64,000 bases of DNA, from the NCBI GenBank assembly GCA_964373505.1, contig CAYJVC010000001.1, positions 41,630 through 105,629 of the forward strand, given 5' to 3'. The notes beneath the pieces are model-generated. The model did no database searches, was not told the origin of the DNA, and saw nothing but the letters and a program-made list of their open reading frames with translations. Positions 46,360 to 56,524 of the stretch are shown here, piece by piece (within the stretch, counting starts at the first letter, position 1; every line of letters begins with the position of its first letter). The stretch is from an uncultured Planctomycetia bacterium. GTDB lineage: Bacteria; Omnitrophota; Gorgyraeia; 2-02-FULL-51-18. The translations under genes and the position numbers were made by a program.

Positions 46360-46442
46360 CCCCATCCTCTCCTTTGAAATTTTCAATTTTAGCGCGGTGC
46401 GCTGAGGCGACTTTGTCGCCTCGAAAGGAGGGGATGGGGTGA
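46356..46442 (+). repeat. Structured intergenic element copy E5: arms CCCCATCCTCTCCTTTG / CGAAAGGAGGGGATGGGG (one U-G wobble), bridges acyltransferase stop (ATGA) and GT4-GT9 GTG start (GTGA)
   Basis: Arms 46360-46376 vs 46422-46439. Inner perfect hairpins AGCGCggtGCGCT and GAGGCGACtttGTCGCCTC. An element-spanning 28-codon ORF runs from ATG 46356 to TGA 46440. Confidence 0.8.
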
Positions 46443-48559
46443 ACGTCCTTCAGATCCTCCCGGAGCTCAAAACAGGCGGCGTTGAGCGCGGTACCGTCGA
46501 CTTGGCAAAATACTTGAAACAAGAAGGGCACAAATCGGTCGTGGTGTCCGCGGGCGGCCCTTTGGTGGGCGATCTGACGTCGGCCGGCGTGCTGCATTAC
46601 ACGCTTCCAGTCCATAAGAAAAATCCGTTCGCGATATTCCGCTCCGTTCGGACACTCGCCAAGATCGTCAAGCGCGAGGACATCGACATCCTGCACGCAC
46701 GAAGCCGCGCCCCGGCGCTCGTGGCTTATTTCGTAAGCCGCAAGACGCATGTGCCATTCGTCACAACCTGCCACGGCTTTTATAGCAAACATTTCCTGAG
46801 CCGTGTGATGGGATGGGGAAAGCTCGTGATCGTGGCCAGCCATGTGATCGGCAGACGTATGCGGGACGATTTCGGCGTGCCGCACGCCAAGATACGCCTG
46901 ATCCACCGCGGCGTGAACTTGGAGGAGTTTAAAAGCAAGCTGGAGCACGAGCCTGTCAAGAAGAAGGAGATCATCGTGGGCATGATCGGGAGGCTCACAC
47001 CGATCAAAGGGCACCCGCTTTTCTTGAAGGCCATGGCGCGCGTGAGCCGAGTCATACCCCACCTTAAGATCCGGATCATCGGCGAAGCGCCCAAGCTTCA
47101 GTACAAGGAAGAGCTGATGATGCTGACGCGGAGGCTCGGCTTGTCACACGCGGTTGAGTTTTTAGGCACGCGGTACGACATCCCGGAGCTTTTGCCGGGC
47201 CTGGCCATTCTCGTGATGCCCTCCGTGGGGGAAGAGGCGTTCGGCCGCGTGGTGATCGAAGCCGGCGCCTGCGGCGTGCCCGTGGTGGCGACCCGCATCG
47301 GAGGGCTTGTCGACATTATTGAAGACGGAAAAGACGGCTTGCTTGTGCCGACGGATGATCCCAAGATCCTCGCGGATGCGATCATTCGCATTTTGAAAGA
47401 TCCGGCGCTTGGCCAAACGCTCGCTCTGGCACTTCATGAAAAGGTGCGGAAGGAATTCAGCCTTGAGCTTATGTTCCGGAAAACATTGGAGGTTTATCGG
47501 GAGGCGCTGTCAAGAAAGAGGATCCTCGTGATCAAATTGAGCGCCGTCGGCGACGTGATCTTAAGTATTCCTTCGATCCGCGCGTTGCGGGAAAAGTTTG
47601 CCGACGCCTGGATATCGGCTCTCGTGGGCCGGAAATCAAGGAAGATCCTCCGTAATTGCCCGTATCTGAATGACGTGATCGTTTATGAGGAGGCAAGCGG
47701 GAAAAATCACTTCCTGAATATTTTGCAGACCGCGCGGCTTCTCGCTAAAGAAGACTTCGATATCGTCGTGGACCTGCAGAATAACCGGATGAGCCACCTG
47801 TTGGCCTTTTTGTCCGGCGCCCGCGTGCGCGTCGGACACAACAACCGCAAATGGGCTTTTTTGTTGAACCGGAAGCCGGCCGATGCCTCCAGCGCCGGCG
47901 TTTCACCGCTTGAGCATCAATTCCGAGTCCTCAAACTGTTGGGCCTAGAGGGCTTTGACAAGCGGCTTGAGCTTTGGGCGGACAACGATGAGGAAGCGGG
48001 AATGAAAAATTTCCTCGCGTCCCAATGGGTTTCGCCAAGCCAGACGCTCGTCGGGATCAACCCAGGTTCGTCGCTGCGCTGGCCCACGAAACAATGGGGC
48101 GTCGAGAACTTCGCACGACTCTGCGATGAGCTGGCAAAAAAAAATATACGAGTGGTGATCACCGGCACCGAAGAGGATGCACCGCTCGCGACCGAACTCT
48201 TTCGCCTCACAAGAAATAAACCGATCAATGCGGTCGGCCGAACCACGATCACGGAGCTTGTGGCGCTCATCCGCCGCTGCCAGACGTTCGTAAGCTCGGA
48301 TTCGGCGCCGATGCATATTGCGTCAAGCGTGGACGTGCCGCTCGTGGCGATTTTCGGGCCCACAGACCCCAAGCGGCACTTGGCGCCTCCTTCGCACTAC
48401 CAGGTCTTTTGGAAAGAAGTCCATTGCAGCCCCTGTTATCTGCGGAGTTGTCCGATAGGGCTTATTTGCATGAAGAAGATCGGCGTGCAGGAAGTGCTGG
48501 ACGCGGTCTGTCATCTGGCGGAGGCGCAGCGACCCAAGTCCGCCAAAACCCCTCTATGA
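46439..48559 (+). CDS. Bifunctional LPS-core glycosyltransferase: N-terminal GT4 domain fused to C-terminal GT9 (heptosyltransferase-like) domain
   Basis: GT4 N-half (VNVLQILPELKTGGVERGTVDLA..., EAFGRVVIEAGACGVPVVAT). GT9 C-half from ~aa 350 (RILVIKLSAVGDVILSIPS..., DSAPMHIASS). Confidence 0.75.
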   Translation: MNVLQILPELKTGGVERGTVDLAKYLKQEGHKSVVVSAGGPLVGDLTSAGVLHYTLPVHKKNPFAIFRSVRTLAKIVKREDIDILHARSRAPALVAYFVSRKTHVPFVTTCHGFYSKHFLSRVMGWGKLVIVASHVIGRRMRDDFGVPHAKIRLIHRGVNLEEFKSKLEHEPVKKKEIIVGMIGRLTPIKGHPLFLKAMARVSRVIPHLKIRIIGEAPKLQYKEELMMLTRRLGLSHAVEFLGTRYDIPELLPGLAILVMPSVGEEAFGRVVIEAGACGVPVVATRIGGLVDIIEDGKDGLLVPTDDPKILADAIIRILKDPALGQTLALALHEKVRKEFSLELMFRKTLEVYREALSRKRILVIKLSAVGDVILSIPSIRALREKFADAWISALVGRKSRKILRNCPYLNDVIVYEEASGKNHFLNILQTARLLAKEDFDIVVDLQNNRMSHLLAFLSGARVRVGHNNRKWAFLLNRKPADASSAGVSPLEHQFRVLKLLGLEGFDKRLELWADNDEEAGMKNFLASQWVSPSQTLVGINPGSSLRWPTKQWGVENFARLCDELAKKNIRVVITGTEEDAPLATELFRLTRNKPINAVGRTTITELVALIRRCQTFVSSDSAPMHIASSVDVPLVAIFGPTDPKRHLAPPSHYQVFWKEVHCSPCYLRSCPIGLICMKKIGVQEVLDAVCHLAEAQRPKSAKTPL

Positions 48560-49320
48560 AATTTTTAAAAAAAAGAATCTTTCTCGGAGTTCTTTTTATT
48601 GCGATCTTTATTTTATTCGCCCGCGCTCACACCGAGGTGCCCATTTTGATGTACCACCACGTGGGGGACGCAACGGACAAATCTTCGGCGAATGTTTCCA
48701 CGGCGGTCTTTGAATCGCAGATGGAGTTCCTCAAGATCCATCGTTACCGCGTGATGCCGCTTGAGGAGCTCTTGGAACGCCTTCGCCGAAAGGAACCACT
48801 GCCTCCGAATACGGTATCGCTCACTTTCGACGACGGGAATCTGGACAATTTGAAGAACGCGTTCCCGATCTTAAGAAAGATGCGGTTTCCGGCGACAATT
48901 TTCATGATCACCCATAATATCAATCAAGAGGGTTGGCTGTCCGAAGAGGATTTGAAAATCCTGGACGGCGCCGGCATTGCGATCGGAAGCCATACGGCGG
49001 ATCACGCGTATCTGCCGGGCCTTTCAAGGAAGGAGGCGCTTCGTGAATTGCAGGATTCACGGAACCGTTTGGAAAAGATCCTGGGCCACCCCGTATTCTT
49101 GTTCAGCTACCCGGCAGGCGGTTTTAACGAAGAGGTGAAATCGCTCGTGAAAGAAGCCGGTTATCACGGCGCGGTCACCACGAACCGGGGCAGAGACCGC
49201 CACGATCCTTATGCGCTGCGCCGGATCAAGATCACCGAAGGCGGCGGAAGCCTGTTCAATTTCTGGGCCAAAACAAGCGGATTATACCGCCTTGGGAAAT
49301 CGGTCAAAGAGCCCTCATGA
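48556..49320 (+). CDS. Polysaccharide deacetylase (NodB homology domain) with N-terminal signal/anchor
   Basis: TFDDG, HTADHAYL motifs. ATG 48556 overlaps upstream stop (ATGA). Confidence 0.75.
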   Translation: MKFLKKRIFLGVLFIAIFILFARAHTEVPILMYHHVGDATDKSSANVSTAVFESQMEFLKIHRYRVMPLEELLERLRRKEPLPPNTVSLTFDDGNLDNLKNAFPILRKMRFPATIFMITHNINQEGWLSEEDLKILDGAGIAIGSHTADHAYLPGLSRKEALRELQDSRNRLEKILGHPVFLFSYPAGGFNEEVKSLVKEAGYHGAVTTNRGRDRHDPYALRRIKITEGGGSLFNFWAKTSGLYRLGKSVKEPS

Positions 49321-50342
49321 TCGCGATCGGAAAAAGGATCCTCGTTGTCGGCGCCCATTGGCTGGGGGATGTGCTTTTTTCGACGCCGGCGCTGCGGGCG
49401 CTGCGCAAAAGCCTTCCCGAAGCCTATATTGCCTGCGCGGTTCCTCCGCGCTGCGCGCCGATACTTCGGAACAACGCCTTCTTGAATGAAGTGGTTCCTT
49501 GGGAGGACAAGCTATTTTTCTGGACCCCGCTGAGATCCCTGAAAGTCATAAGATCGCTCAAGGAAAAGCGATTTGATACAGCCATTTTTTTTCATCGGTC
49601 CAAAACGAAAGCGCTTGTGGCAATGCTCTCCGGAATAGGGCAGCGCATAGGTTATGAAGCGCCCTTCCGGAAAAAATTTTTGACAGTGTGTCTGCCGCCT
49701 CCCGAAGACCCGCCGCATCGCACGGACTATTTTCTCGGTTTGATACAGGCGCTTGGGTTGCCGGCGACCGGGCGGACGCCTGACTTTTTCCCGGATCCGG
49801 AAGCGGCGGGGGAGCTGGAACGGGTGTTGGCGCGGAGGGGCGTGGGCGCGGACGAGGCCTACGTGGTCGTGCACGCGGGCGGCAATTGGGAGCTGAAACG
49901 TTGGCCGGTCGAACATTTTGTGCGCTGGATCGGTCTCTTCCTTGAACGATACCCGATGAAAGTGGTGCTCTGCGGCGCGGCTCCGGAGCGCGCACTTTCC
50001 GAGACGATTATTTCCCGTTTTCCGGGAGGCCGTGTGGTCTCGCTTTGCGGCGAGACATCCCTGGACGCGCTCGCGCACCTGCTTAAAAAGTCGAAGCTTC
50101 TTCTGTCGAACGATTCGGGGCCGATCCATCTGGCTGCGAGCCAGGGAGCCAGGATCCTGGGCCTTTTTGGACCCACGTCGGCCGGTCAAACAGGCCCCAT
50201 TTCAAACGCACCGATGCGACTTTTGCAGAAAGATGTGGGCTGCGAAGTGCCTTGCTATTTTCGCTCCTGCCGCTCGCGCGTGTGCATGGAATGGCTCGGG
50301 CCGGAAGAGGCGTTTTCAGAGGCCGCGGAACTTCTCCAATGA
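49317..50342 (+). CDS. ADP-heptose:LPS heptosyltransferase (GT9)
   Basis: RILVVGAHWLGDVLFSTPALRAL N-term, C-terminal DSGPIHLAAS motif. Confidence 0.75.
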   Translation: MIAIGKRILVVGAHWLGDVLFSTPALRALRKSLPEAYIACAVPPRCAPILRNNAFLNEVVPWEDKLFFWTPLRSLKVIRSLKEKRFDTAIFFHRSKTKALVAMLSGIGQRIGYEAPFRKKFLTVCLPPPEDPPHRTDYFLGLIQALGLPATGRTPDFFPDPEAAGELERVLARRGVGADEAYVVVHAGGNWELKRWPVEHFVRWIGLFLERYPMKVVLCGAAPERALSETIISRFPGGRVVSLCGETSLDALAHLLKKSKLLLSNDSGPIHLAASQGARILGLFGPTSAGQTGPISNAPMRLLQKDVGCEVPCYFRSCRSRVCMEWLGPEEAFSEAAELLQ

Positions 50343-52315
50343 TCAGGGACCTCGGATCCGTCCGAAAAATATTGATCGTCACGCTCTCGAATCTCGGCGA
50401 TGCCGTATTGACGCTCCCGGTGTTTCGGTCCGTGAGCGAGCGTTTTCCGGGGGCCTCGGTCCACGTGGTTGTCGGCGAAAGCTCCCGCGTCGTTTTTGAA
50501 AACGAGCCGGGTATCCAAAAGATCATCCTCTACGACCGCCGAATACCTTGGGCCCGGAAACTCAGCTTTCTTCTCGGAATAAGGGGGGAAAGCTATGACC
50601 TTATCCTGGACCTGCGCCACTCGTTCGTAGGCCTTTTGGGCGGCGCGCGAAGCCGCAATCGCTATTTTTACTTTCATCGCCGGCCCAGGCACAAAGCGCT
50701 GAGGCATTTGGAGGCGCTGGAGGGCTTGTTTGAGCCGGTTCCGCCTAAACAATTTTTTTCATCGGAGGGCAAAGAAGCCAGGCCTGTGGTGGTGGCGGCT
50801 GTCGGATCCAAGAGCGATATCAAAAAATGGCCCGCCGGGTATTTTGCCAAGCTTCTTGACCGTCTGGCCCTAGAGAAGGGTTGCCGGACCATACTCGTGG
50901 GGGATAAAAATGACTCCATGGATTGCGCCCAAGTGCTTAAAGCCATGAGGGCCCCGGCAACGGATCTCTCGGGTAAAACAAGCTTCAAGGAGCTTTGCTC
51001 TATTTTAAAATCGGCTTCGCTTGTTGTCACCAACGACAGCGCGCCTCTCCACATCGCGGACGCGTTCCACACACCGACCTTGGCGCTCTTCGGGCCCACG
51101 GATCCCGGGAAATACGGGCCGCGGCGCGGCGAGAGCCTGGTGGCGCGGCGAGAGCTTTTCTGTTCGCCCTGCGAGAGGCCGCAGTGCCGCTTCGGGCATG
51201 AATGCATGAAAGAGCTTGGTGTCGATGAAGTGTATTTCAAGGCTCTGCAGATCTTGAATCATGAGCTTCGCCCCAAAAAGCTTAAGATCCTAATAATTCG
51301 TCTGGACCGCATTGGCGATGCGGTCCTGTCGCTGCCGGCGATCGAAGCGGTTAGGAGCCATTTTCCTGATGCTTGGATCTCCGTGATGGTGAGGCCCGGG
51401 GTACGCGAGATCATGGAGGGACATCCGTCGATTGACGAGGTGATACCCTATTTCTACGAAAACAAAGGGCGTCACAGCTCCCTTTTTGGGAACCTGCGCT
51501 TTTTAAAGGAGACAAGACGCCGCCGTTTCGACATTTGTTTCATCCTTCACCCGAGCGTGCGTTCGCATTGCGTGCCGTTTGTGGCCGGGATCCCGTACCG
51601 TATCGGGTTCGGTTCCGCCCTCGGGTTTCTCTTGACTCAAAGCGTTCGTGATCTGCGGCATCTGGGATTGAAGCATGAATCCGAGTACGCGCTGGATATC
51701 GTCCGCGTCCTGGGAGCCGAGGCCTCGGGGGGGGAGAGTCGCGGTGTGACGTTTTTTACCGAACACTTGAGGAAAACGGAAAGGCTCTCCGGACAGAAGA
51801 TCGTGGCGGTGCATCCCGGTTCCAGTTGCGCTTCGAAAAGATGGCCCATCGGTCGCTACGCGGAGCTTGTACAAATGATCTTGCGCAACACCCCTTTTCA
51901 CGTGGCCGTCATAGGCGGCAAAGACGAGAAACTTCTTGGGGAGTTTTTAAAAAAACAGAATGCCGCCCGGGTCGAGGATCTCACCGGTGAGCTGGACCTC
52001 AAGGAGCTGGCCGCGTTTTTTTCCAGGTGTGAGCTCCTTATTTCGAACGACTCGGGGCCCGTGCACATCGCCTCCAGCGTGGGGGCGAAAACACTCGTGA
52101 TATTCGGCAGGAATAAAGCCGGGTTGAACCGCGAGCGATGGAGGCCCCTCGGCAATACACACCGCGCGATCCAGAAAAATGTCGGCTGTGTCACGTGCCT
52201 CGCGGACGCCTGCACGATTGATTTTGAATGTTTAAAGGCCGTGAGCGTAGAGGAAGTGTATAAGCTATTTGCCGAAATGACGGCACCCCGCGAGTCATTC
52301 GTAAAAACGCATTGA
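50339..52315 (+). CDS. Tandem double GT9 heptosyltransferase (two complete GT9 modules in one polypeptide)
   Basis: Module 1 from VRKILIVTLSNLGDAVLTLP (DSAPLHIADA). Module 2 from KKLKILIIRLDRIGDAVLSLP (DSGPVHIASS). Start likely ATG ~50339 (ATGA overlap). Confidence 0.7.
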   Translation: MIRDLGSVRKILIVTLSNLGDAVLTLPVFRSVSERFPGASVHVVVGESSRVVFENEPGIQKIILYDRRIPWARKLSFLLGIRGESYDLILDLRHSFVGLLGGARSRNRYFYFHRRPRHKALRHLEALEGLFEPVPPKQFFSSEGKEARPVVVAAVGSKSDIKKWPAGYFAKLLDRLALEKGCRTILVGDKNDSMDCAQVLKAMRAPATDLSGKTSFKELCSILKSASLVVTNDSAPLHIADAFHTPTLALFGPTDPGKYGPRRGESLVARRELFCSPCERPQCRFGHECMKELGVDEVYFKALQILNHELRPKKLKILIIRLDRIGDAVLSLPAIEAVRSHFPDAWISVMVRPGVREIMEGHPSIDEVIPYFYENKGRHSSLFGNLRFLKETRRRRFDICFILHPSVRSHCVPFVAGIPYRIGFGSALGFLLTQSVRDLRHLGLKHESEYALDIVRVLGAEASGGESRGVTFFTEHLRKTERLSGQKIVAVHPGSSCASKRWPIGRYAELVQMILRNTPFHVAVIGGKDEKLLGEFLKKQNAARVEDLTGELDLKELAAFFSRCELLISNDSGPVHIASSVGAKTLVIFGRNKAGLNRERWRPLGNTHRAIQKNVGCVTCLADACTIDFECLKAVSVEEVYKLFAEMTAPRESFVKTH

Positions 52316-53106
52316 AAACGATCGTCGCCATTTTTATTTGTATTGCGTTTTTTTTGGCGCAAGCGCCTGTCTTTGCCGCCGTGAACTTTGCGGAAGATAA
52401 ATCCGGTGACGCGAGCCATTCGATAGAGCCGGCTTCCGGAAAGCTGCGCGTCGGGGAGCGTCTCGAATTCGATGTGTATTGGATGGGGCTTCACATCGGC
52501 CTTGGGACCCTTGAGGTGAACGAGATCGCCAGCCGCAACGGCCGGCCCGCTTACCACGTGATCGCCGTCGCGCGCACGAACGACACGCTTTCGAAGATCT
52601 ACCCGCTCCATGACGAGATCCATTCGTACATCGACACGGAAGGGTTTTATTCCCATGAATTCTCGAAGAGCCTGAAGGAGGGTCGGTACCGCGCGGACGA
52701 GAGAGTGTTGTTTGACCATGACAAACAAATGGGGTTTTACGAGTCATTCCTGAACAAGAACAAAAGAGAATTCAAGATCCCGCCGCGCGCGCAGGATTTT
52801 TTAAGCCTGTTCTACTGGTTTCGCGTGCAGCCCATCGAGGTGGGCCAAAGCGTCCGCGCCGTGCTGAGCGACAAAGGGAAAGATTATGATGTGCAGCTGG
52901 AAGTTCTAAGGAAGGTAAAAAAAGAACTGCGGGGCGGACGCGTGGTTTGGACGGTCGAGGTAGAACCGCGAACGCACTACCAAGAGGTGCTTTACCGAAG
53001 AGGCCGTGGTTGGGTGAATTTCACGACGGAGGGGGAGCGCATTCCGGTATTCATCCGGATCAGCACGCCGTTCGGGCCCGTCATGGGCGTGTTGAAGAAT
53101 GTATAA
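52312..53106 (+). CDS. DUF3108-like secreted protein (signal peptide)
   Basis: Signal peptide AIFICIAFFLAQAPVFA, beta-rich. DUF3108-type pattern (FDVYWMGLHIGLGTLEV). Confidence 0.5.
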   Translation: MKTIVAIFICIAFFLAQAPVFAAVNFAEDKSGDASHSIEPASGKLRVGERLEFDVYWMGLHIGLGTLEVNEIASRNGRPAYHVIAVARTNDTLSKIYPLHDEIHSYIDTEGFYSHEFSKSLKEGRYRADERVLFDHDKQMGFYESFLNKNKREFKIPPRAQDFLSLFYWFRVQPIEVGQSVRAVLSDKGKDYDVQLEVLRKVKKELRGGRVVWTVEVEPRTHYQEVLYRRGRGWVNFTTEGERIPVFIRISTPFGPVMGVLKNV

Positions 53107-53107
53107 A

Positions 53108-53136
53108 TTGAACTTTTTTATCGCCGGTGTTACAAT
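53108..53136 (+). promoter_or_regulatory. sigma70-type promoter TTGAAC-N17-TACAAT upstream of the hldE/kds/lpt gene string
   Basis: ttgaac(53108-53113), 17-nt spacer, tacaat(53131-53136) in AT-rich 54-nt gap. Confidence 0.45.
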
Positions 53137-53160
53137 CACAAAATATTCGAATCAAAACTT

Positions 53161-54177
53161 ATGACATCATTCAAGTTTTCCCGGCTCAGGGAGATTATTT
53201 CCGGTTTCGGCAAAGCCAAAGTGCTGGTGGTGGGGGACCTGATCCTGGATGAGTTCATCTGGGGCAAAGTGAGCCGCATTTCTCCCGAGGCGCCGGTGCC
53301 CGTCGTGTGGGTGGATTCCGAAAACTTCATGCCCGGAGGCGCGTCGAATGTGGCCAATAATATCCGGTCGCTCGGGGGTGAAGTGTTTCTGGTGGGCGTG
53401 GTGGGAGAAGACTCAAGGGGTGATGTGCTTCAGGCGCTCCTCAGGAGAAAAGGTATCCATTGTGAAGGTATTTTTACGGACCCGCACCGGCCTACCACCC
53501 AGAAGACGCGCGTGATCGCTCACCACCAACAGGTGGTGAGGATCGACCGGGAGATCCTGCGGCCGGTGTCGGACGTTTTGTTGAAACAAATGCTGTGCTT
53601 CATCGCGTCTAAAATAAAGGAGGTTGACGCGCTCATCATTGAGGATTACGGAAAGGGCGTGATCGTGCCGCAACTCGTGCAGGGGATCGTGCGGCTCGGG
53701 AAAAAATACCGGAAGATCGTCACGGTCGACCCCAAGGAGACCCATTTTTCATATTACCGGGGCGTCACGACGATCACGCCCAACCACCACGAGGCCGGCT
53801 CTGCGGCAGGGATCGTTATCCGGGACGATGCCACACTTCTTGAAGCGGGCCGCAGGCTCCTGGAAAAGGTGCGCTGTGAAACCGTGCTCATCACGCTCGG
53901 TGAGAACGGCATGAGCGTGTTTCAGCGCGGCAAGCCGATGGTGAAGATCCCCACGGTGGCGCGGGATGTGTTTGACGTCTCGGGCGCCGGGGACACCGTG
54001 ATCAGCGCCTACACGATGGCGCGCGCGGCGAAGGCCAATGCCCAAGAGGCGGCACACCTGTCCAACATGGCGGCCGGGATCGTGGTGGGCAAAGTAGGCA
54101 TCGCGGTGACCACGTGCGAAGAGCTTACGGAAGCAGCTAAAAAAAATGGAGCTAGAGGGCTGACATGGAAGCCGTAG
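53161..54177 (+). CDS. hldE: D-glycero-beta-D-manno-heptose 7-phosphate kinase (HldE kinase domain only, RfaE domain I)
   Basis: PfkB ribokinase fold. KVLVVGDLILDEFIWG..., DVSGAGDT motif. No adenylyltransferase domain attached. Confidence 0.8.
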   Translation: MTSFKFSRLREIISGFGKAKVLVVGDLILDEFIWGKVSRISPEAPVPVVWVDSENFMPGGASNVANNIRSLGGEVFLVGVVGEDSRGDVLQALLRRKGIHCEGIFTDPHRPTTQKTRVIAHHQQVVRIDREILRPVSDVLLKQMLCFIASKIKEVDALIIEDYGKGVIVPQLVQGIVRLGKKYRKIVTVDPKETHFSYYRGVTTITPNHHEAGSAAGIVIRDDATLLEAGRRLLEKVRCETVLITLGENGMSVFQRGKPMVKIPTVARDVFDVSGAGDTVISAYTMARAAKANAQEAAHLSNMAAGIVVGKVGIAVTTCEELTEAAKKNGARGLTWKP

Positions 54178-54905
54178 GTATAATCCCCGCGCGATACGGC
54201 TCGACGCGCTTCGAAGGAAAGGTGTTGAAAGACCTCTGCGGAAAACCGGTGATCCAGCATGTGTATGAACGCGCGAAGAAGGCCAGGCTTCTCGATGAGC
54301 TGATCGTCGCGGCCGATGACGACCGTATCATTCAGGCTGTCGAGCGGTTCGGCGGGAAGGCGGTTTTTACCTCGAAGTCGCACAGCACGGGCACGGACCG
54401 CCTGACCGAGATCGTGAACGAGATGGATGTCCGCGTTGTCGTCAACATTCAGGGCGATGAGCCGCTCATCAACCCGCTGGTGATAGACGACTTGGTGCGC
54501 ACGATGCAGGATGACCCGGCCCTTGTCATGACGACGGTCGTGAAGAAGAGCCATTCGCCGGAGGAATTTAGGAGCCGCGACGTCGTGAAGGCCGTCGTGA
54601 ACCAGGAAAATTTTGCGATCTATTTTTCAAGATTACCGATCCCCACGTATCTGAAACCGGCACCCAATGGGAGCTTTTTTTATAAACACGTCGGCATTTA
54701 CGCGTACAACAAGGATTTTCTGTTCACGTTCAAAAAACTGCCGCCTTCGTATTTGGAAATGCACGAAAGGCTTGAGCAATTGCGGGCGCTGGATCACGGT
54801 TATAAGATCAAGGTGATCGAGACAAAATTCGAAACGGTGGGCGTGGACACACCCGAAGACCTGGAGCTTGCGAAAGGGCTTTTGGAGAAGGAGTCGAATG
54901 CCTAG
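54165..54905 (+). CDS. kdsB: 3-deoxy-manno-octulosonate cytidylyltransferase (CMP-Kdo synthetase)
   Basis: [15 protein letters not shown]-term, IQGDEPLI motif. Confidence 0.9.
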   Translation: MEAVGIIPARYGSTRFEGKVLKDLCGKPVIQHVYERAKKARLLDELIVAADDDRIIQAVERFGGKAVFTSKSHSTGTDRLTEIVNEMDVRVVVNIQGDEPLINPLVIDDLVRTMQDDPALVMTTVVKKSHSPEEFRSRDVVKAVVNQENFAIYFSRLPIPTYLKPAPNGSFFYKHVGIYAYNKDFLFTFKKLPPSYLEMHERLEQLRALDHGYKIKVIETKFETVGVDTPEDLELAKGLLEKESNA

Positions 54906-56511
54906 GTACATCTTCATCACGGGGGGTGTCGTATCGAGTTTGGGGAAGGGGATCGTGTCCGCCTCCATCGGAAAGCTTTTAGAGGCGCGCGGACTGCGCG
55001 TGATCCTCCTGAAATGCGATCCGTACCTGAATGTAGACCCCGGCACGATGAGTCCTTACCAGCACGGCGAGGTGTATGTGACCGAAGACGGCGCCGAAAC
55101 GGACCTGGACCTGGGGCATTACGAGCGCTTCACGGGCACTTCGATCGGCAAGGCCAATAACATCACGACGGGGCAGATCTATTATTCGGTGATCACGAAG
55201 GAGCGCCGCGGCGATTACCTGGGCGCCACGGTCCAGGTGGTTCCGCATGTGACCGACGAGATCAAGGACGCGATCCGGCGAGTGTCTCACAACCAATCGG
55301 TGGATGTGGTGATCTGCGAGATCGGCGGCACGGTGGGCGATATTGAAAGTCTCCCTTTTTTGGAGGCGATCCGCCAGTTCCGCCAGGACGTAGGACGCGA
55401 CCACGCGATCAATATTCATCTGACGCTCATTCCCTATATTCGTGTCGCGGATGAGATCAAGACCAAACCCACGCAGCATTCGGTCGGGAAGATGCGCGAG
55501 ATCGGCATTCAACCCGATGTCCTGGTCTGCCGTACGGAGAAAAAGATCTCGAAGGAAATGCGTGAGAAGATAGGCCTCTTCTGCAACGTATCCACTGAGC
55601 AGGTCATCCAGGCGCTCGATGTGCAGGATATCTACGAGGTGCCCTTGGCGCTTAAGGAGGAAGGGCTGGATGATATCATCATCCGACTTCTGAAACTCAA
55701 TTGCGACGACGGAGATGCGAAACTGAAAGCCTGGAAAACCAACGTCGTGGACAAGGTTTTGAGCCCTTCAAAACATACAATCATCGCCGTGGTGGGCAAG
55801 TACATGGAGCTCCAGGACGCTTATAAGTCCATTTACGAGGCGCTGAAACACGGCGGGATCGCCAATGACGCGAGGGTCGAGATCCGCAAGGTGGACGCCG
55901 AGGAAGTGATGGCGCACGGTCCTGAGAAATTCCTGAAGGACGTGAGCGGCATCCTTGTGCCGGGTGGTTTCGGCGACCGCGGCATTGAAGGGAAGATCAA
56001 GGCGATCAAGTTCGCGCGAGAGAGCAAGACGCCGTTTTTTGGCGTGTGTCTCGGGATGCAGTGTGCGGTCATAGAGTTCGCGAGGAACGTCTGCAGTTTA
56101 AACCGGGCCAATTCCACCGAGTTCAATAAGACAACGCCGTTCCCCGTGATCAGCCTGCTCCAAGAGCAGAAACAGGTGAAAGATCTGGGTGGCACCATGC
56201 GGCTCGGCTCGTATCCGTGCACGCTTAAAAAAGGCACGAAAACTTACAAAGCGTACATCAAAGAGTCGATCCATGAACGCCACCGGCACCGCTACGAGTT
56301 CAACAACAAGTACAAAGTGAGAATGGAGACCAATGGGCTGGTCGTTTCCGGAACAAGTCCCAACGGGCGACTCGTGGAGATCGTCGAGTATGTGAATCAC
56401 CCGTGGTTTGTGAGTTGTCAGTTCCACCCGGAGTTCAAATCCAAGCCCGACCAGGCACACCCGCTTTTTAGGGATTTCGTGAAAGCTTCTCTGACCAATA
56501 AAACGGACTGA
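54898..56511 (+). CDS. pyrG: CTP synthase
   Basis: [18 protein letters not shown] synthase domain. GATase triad region GVCLGMQ...H..E. Confidence 0.95.
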   Translation: MPRYIFITGGVVSSLGKGIVSASIGKLLEARGLRVILLKCDPYLNVDPGTMSPYQHGEVYVTEDGAETDLDLGHYERFTGTSIGKANNITTGQIYYSVITKERRGDYLGATVQVVPHVTDEIKDAIRRVSHNQSVDVVICEIGGTVGDIESLPFLEAIRQFRQDVGRDHAINIHLTLIPYIRVADEIKTKPTQHSVGKMREIGIQPDVLVCRTEKKISKEMREKIGLFCNVSTEQVIQALDVQDIYEVPLALKEEGLDDIIIRLLKLNCDDGDAKLKAWKTNVVDKVLSPSKHTIIAVVGKYMELQDAYKSIYEALKHGGIANDARVEIRKVDAEEVMAHGPEKFLKDVSGILVPGGFGDRGIEGKIKAIKFARESKTPFFGVCLGMQCAVIEFARNVCSLNRANSTEFNKTTPFPVISLLQEQKQVKDLGGTMRLGSYPCTLKKGTKTYKAYIKESIHERHRHRYEFNNKYKVRMETNGLVVSGTSPNGRLVEIVEYVNHPWFVSCQFHPEFKSKPDQAHPLFRDFVKASLTNKTD

Positions 56512-56524
56512 TCGGCCTAATAAG

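Noticed and set aside
1296-54897. 5' extensions in the ORF table (1296, 11606, 17608, 20035, 21541, 31310, 37827, 48409, 50252, 54868 starts)
   Set aside because: These are longest-ORF artefacts running back into the preceding gene or element. Start sites were moved to the first plausible ATG/GTG/TTG after the upstream stop, guided by family N-terminal conservation.
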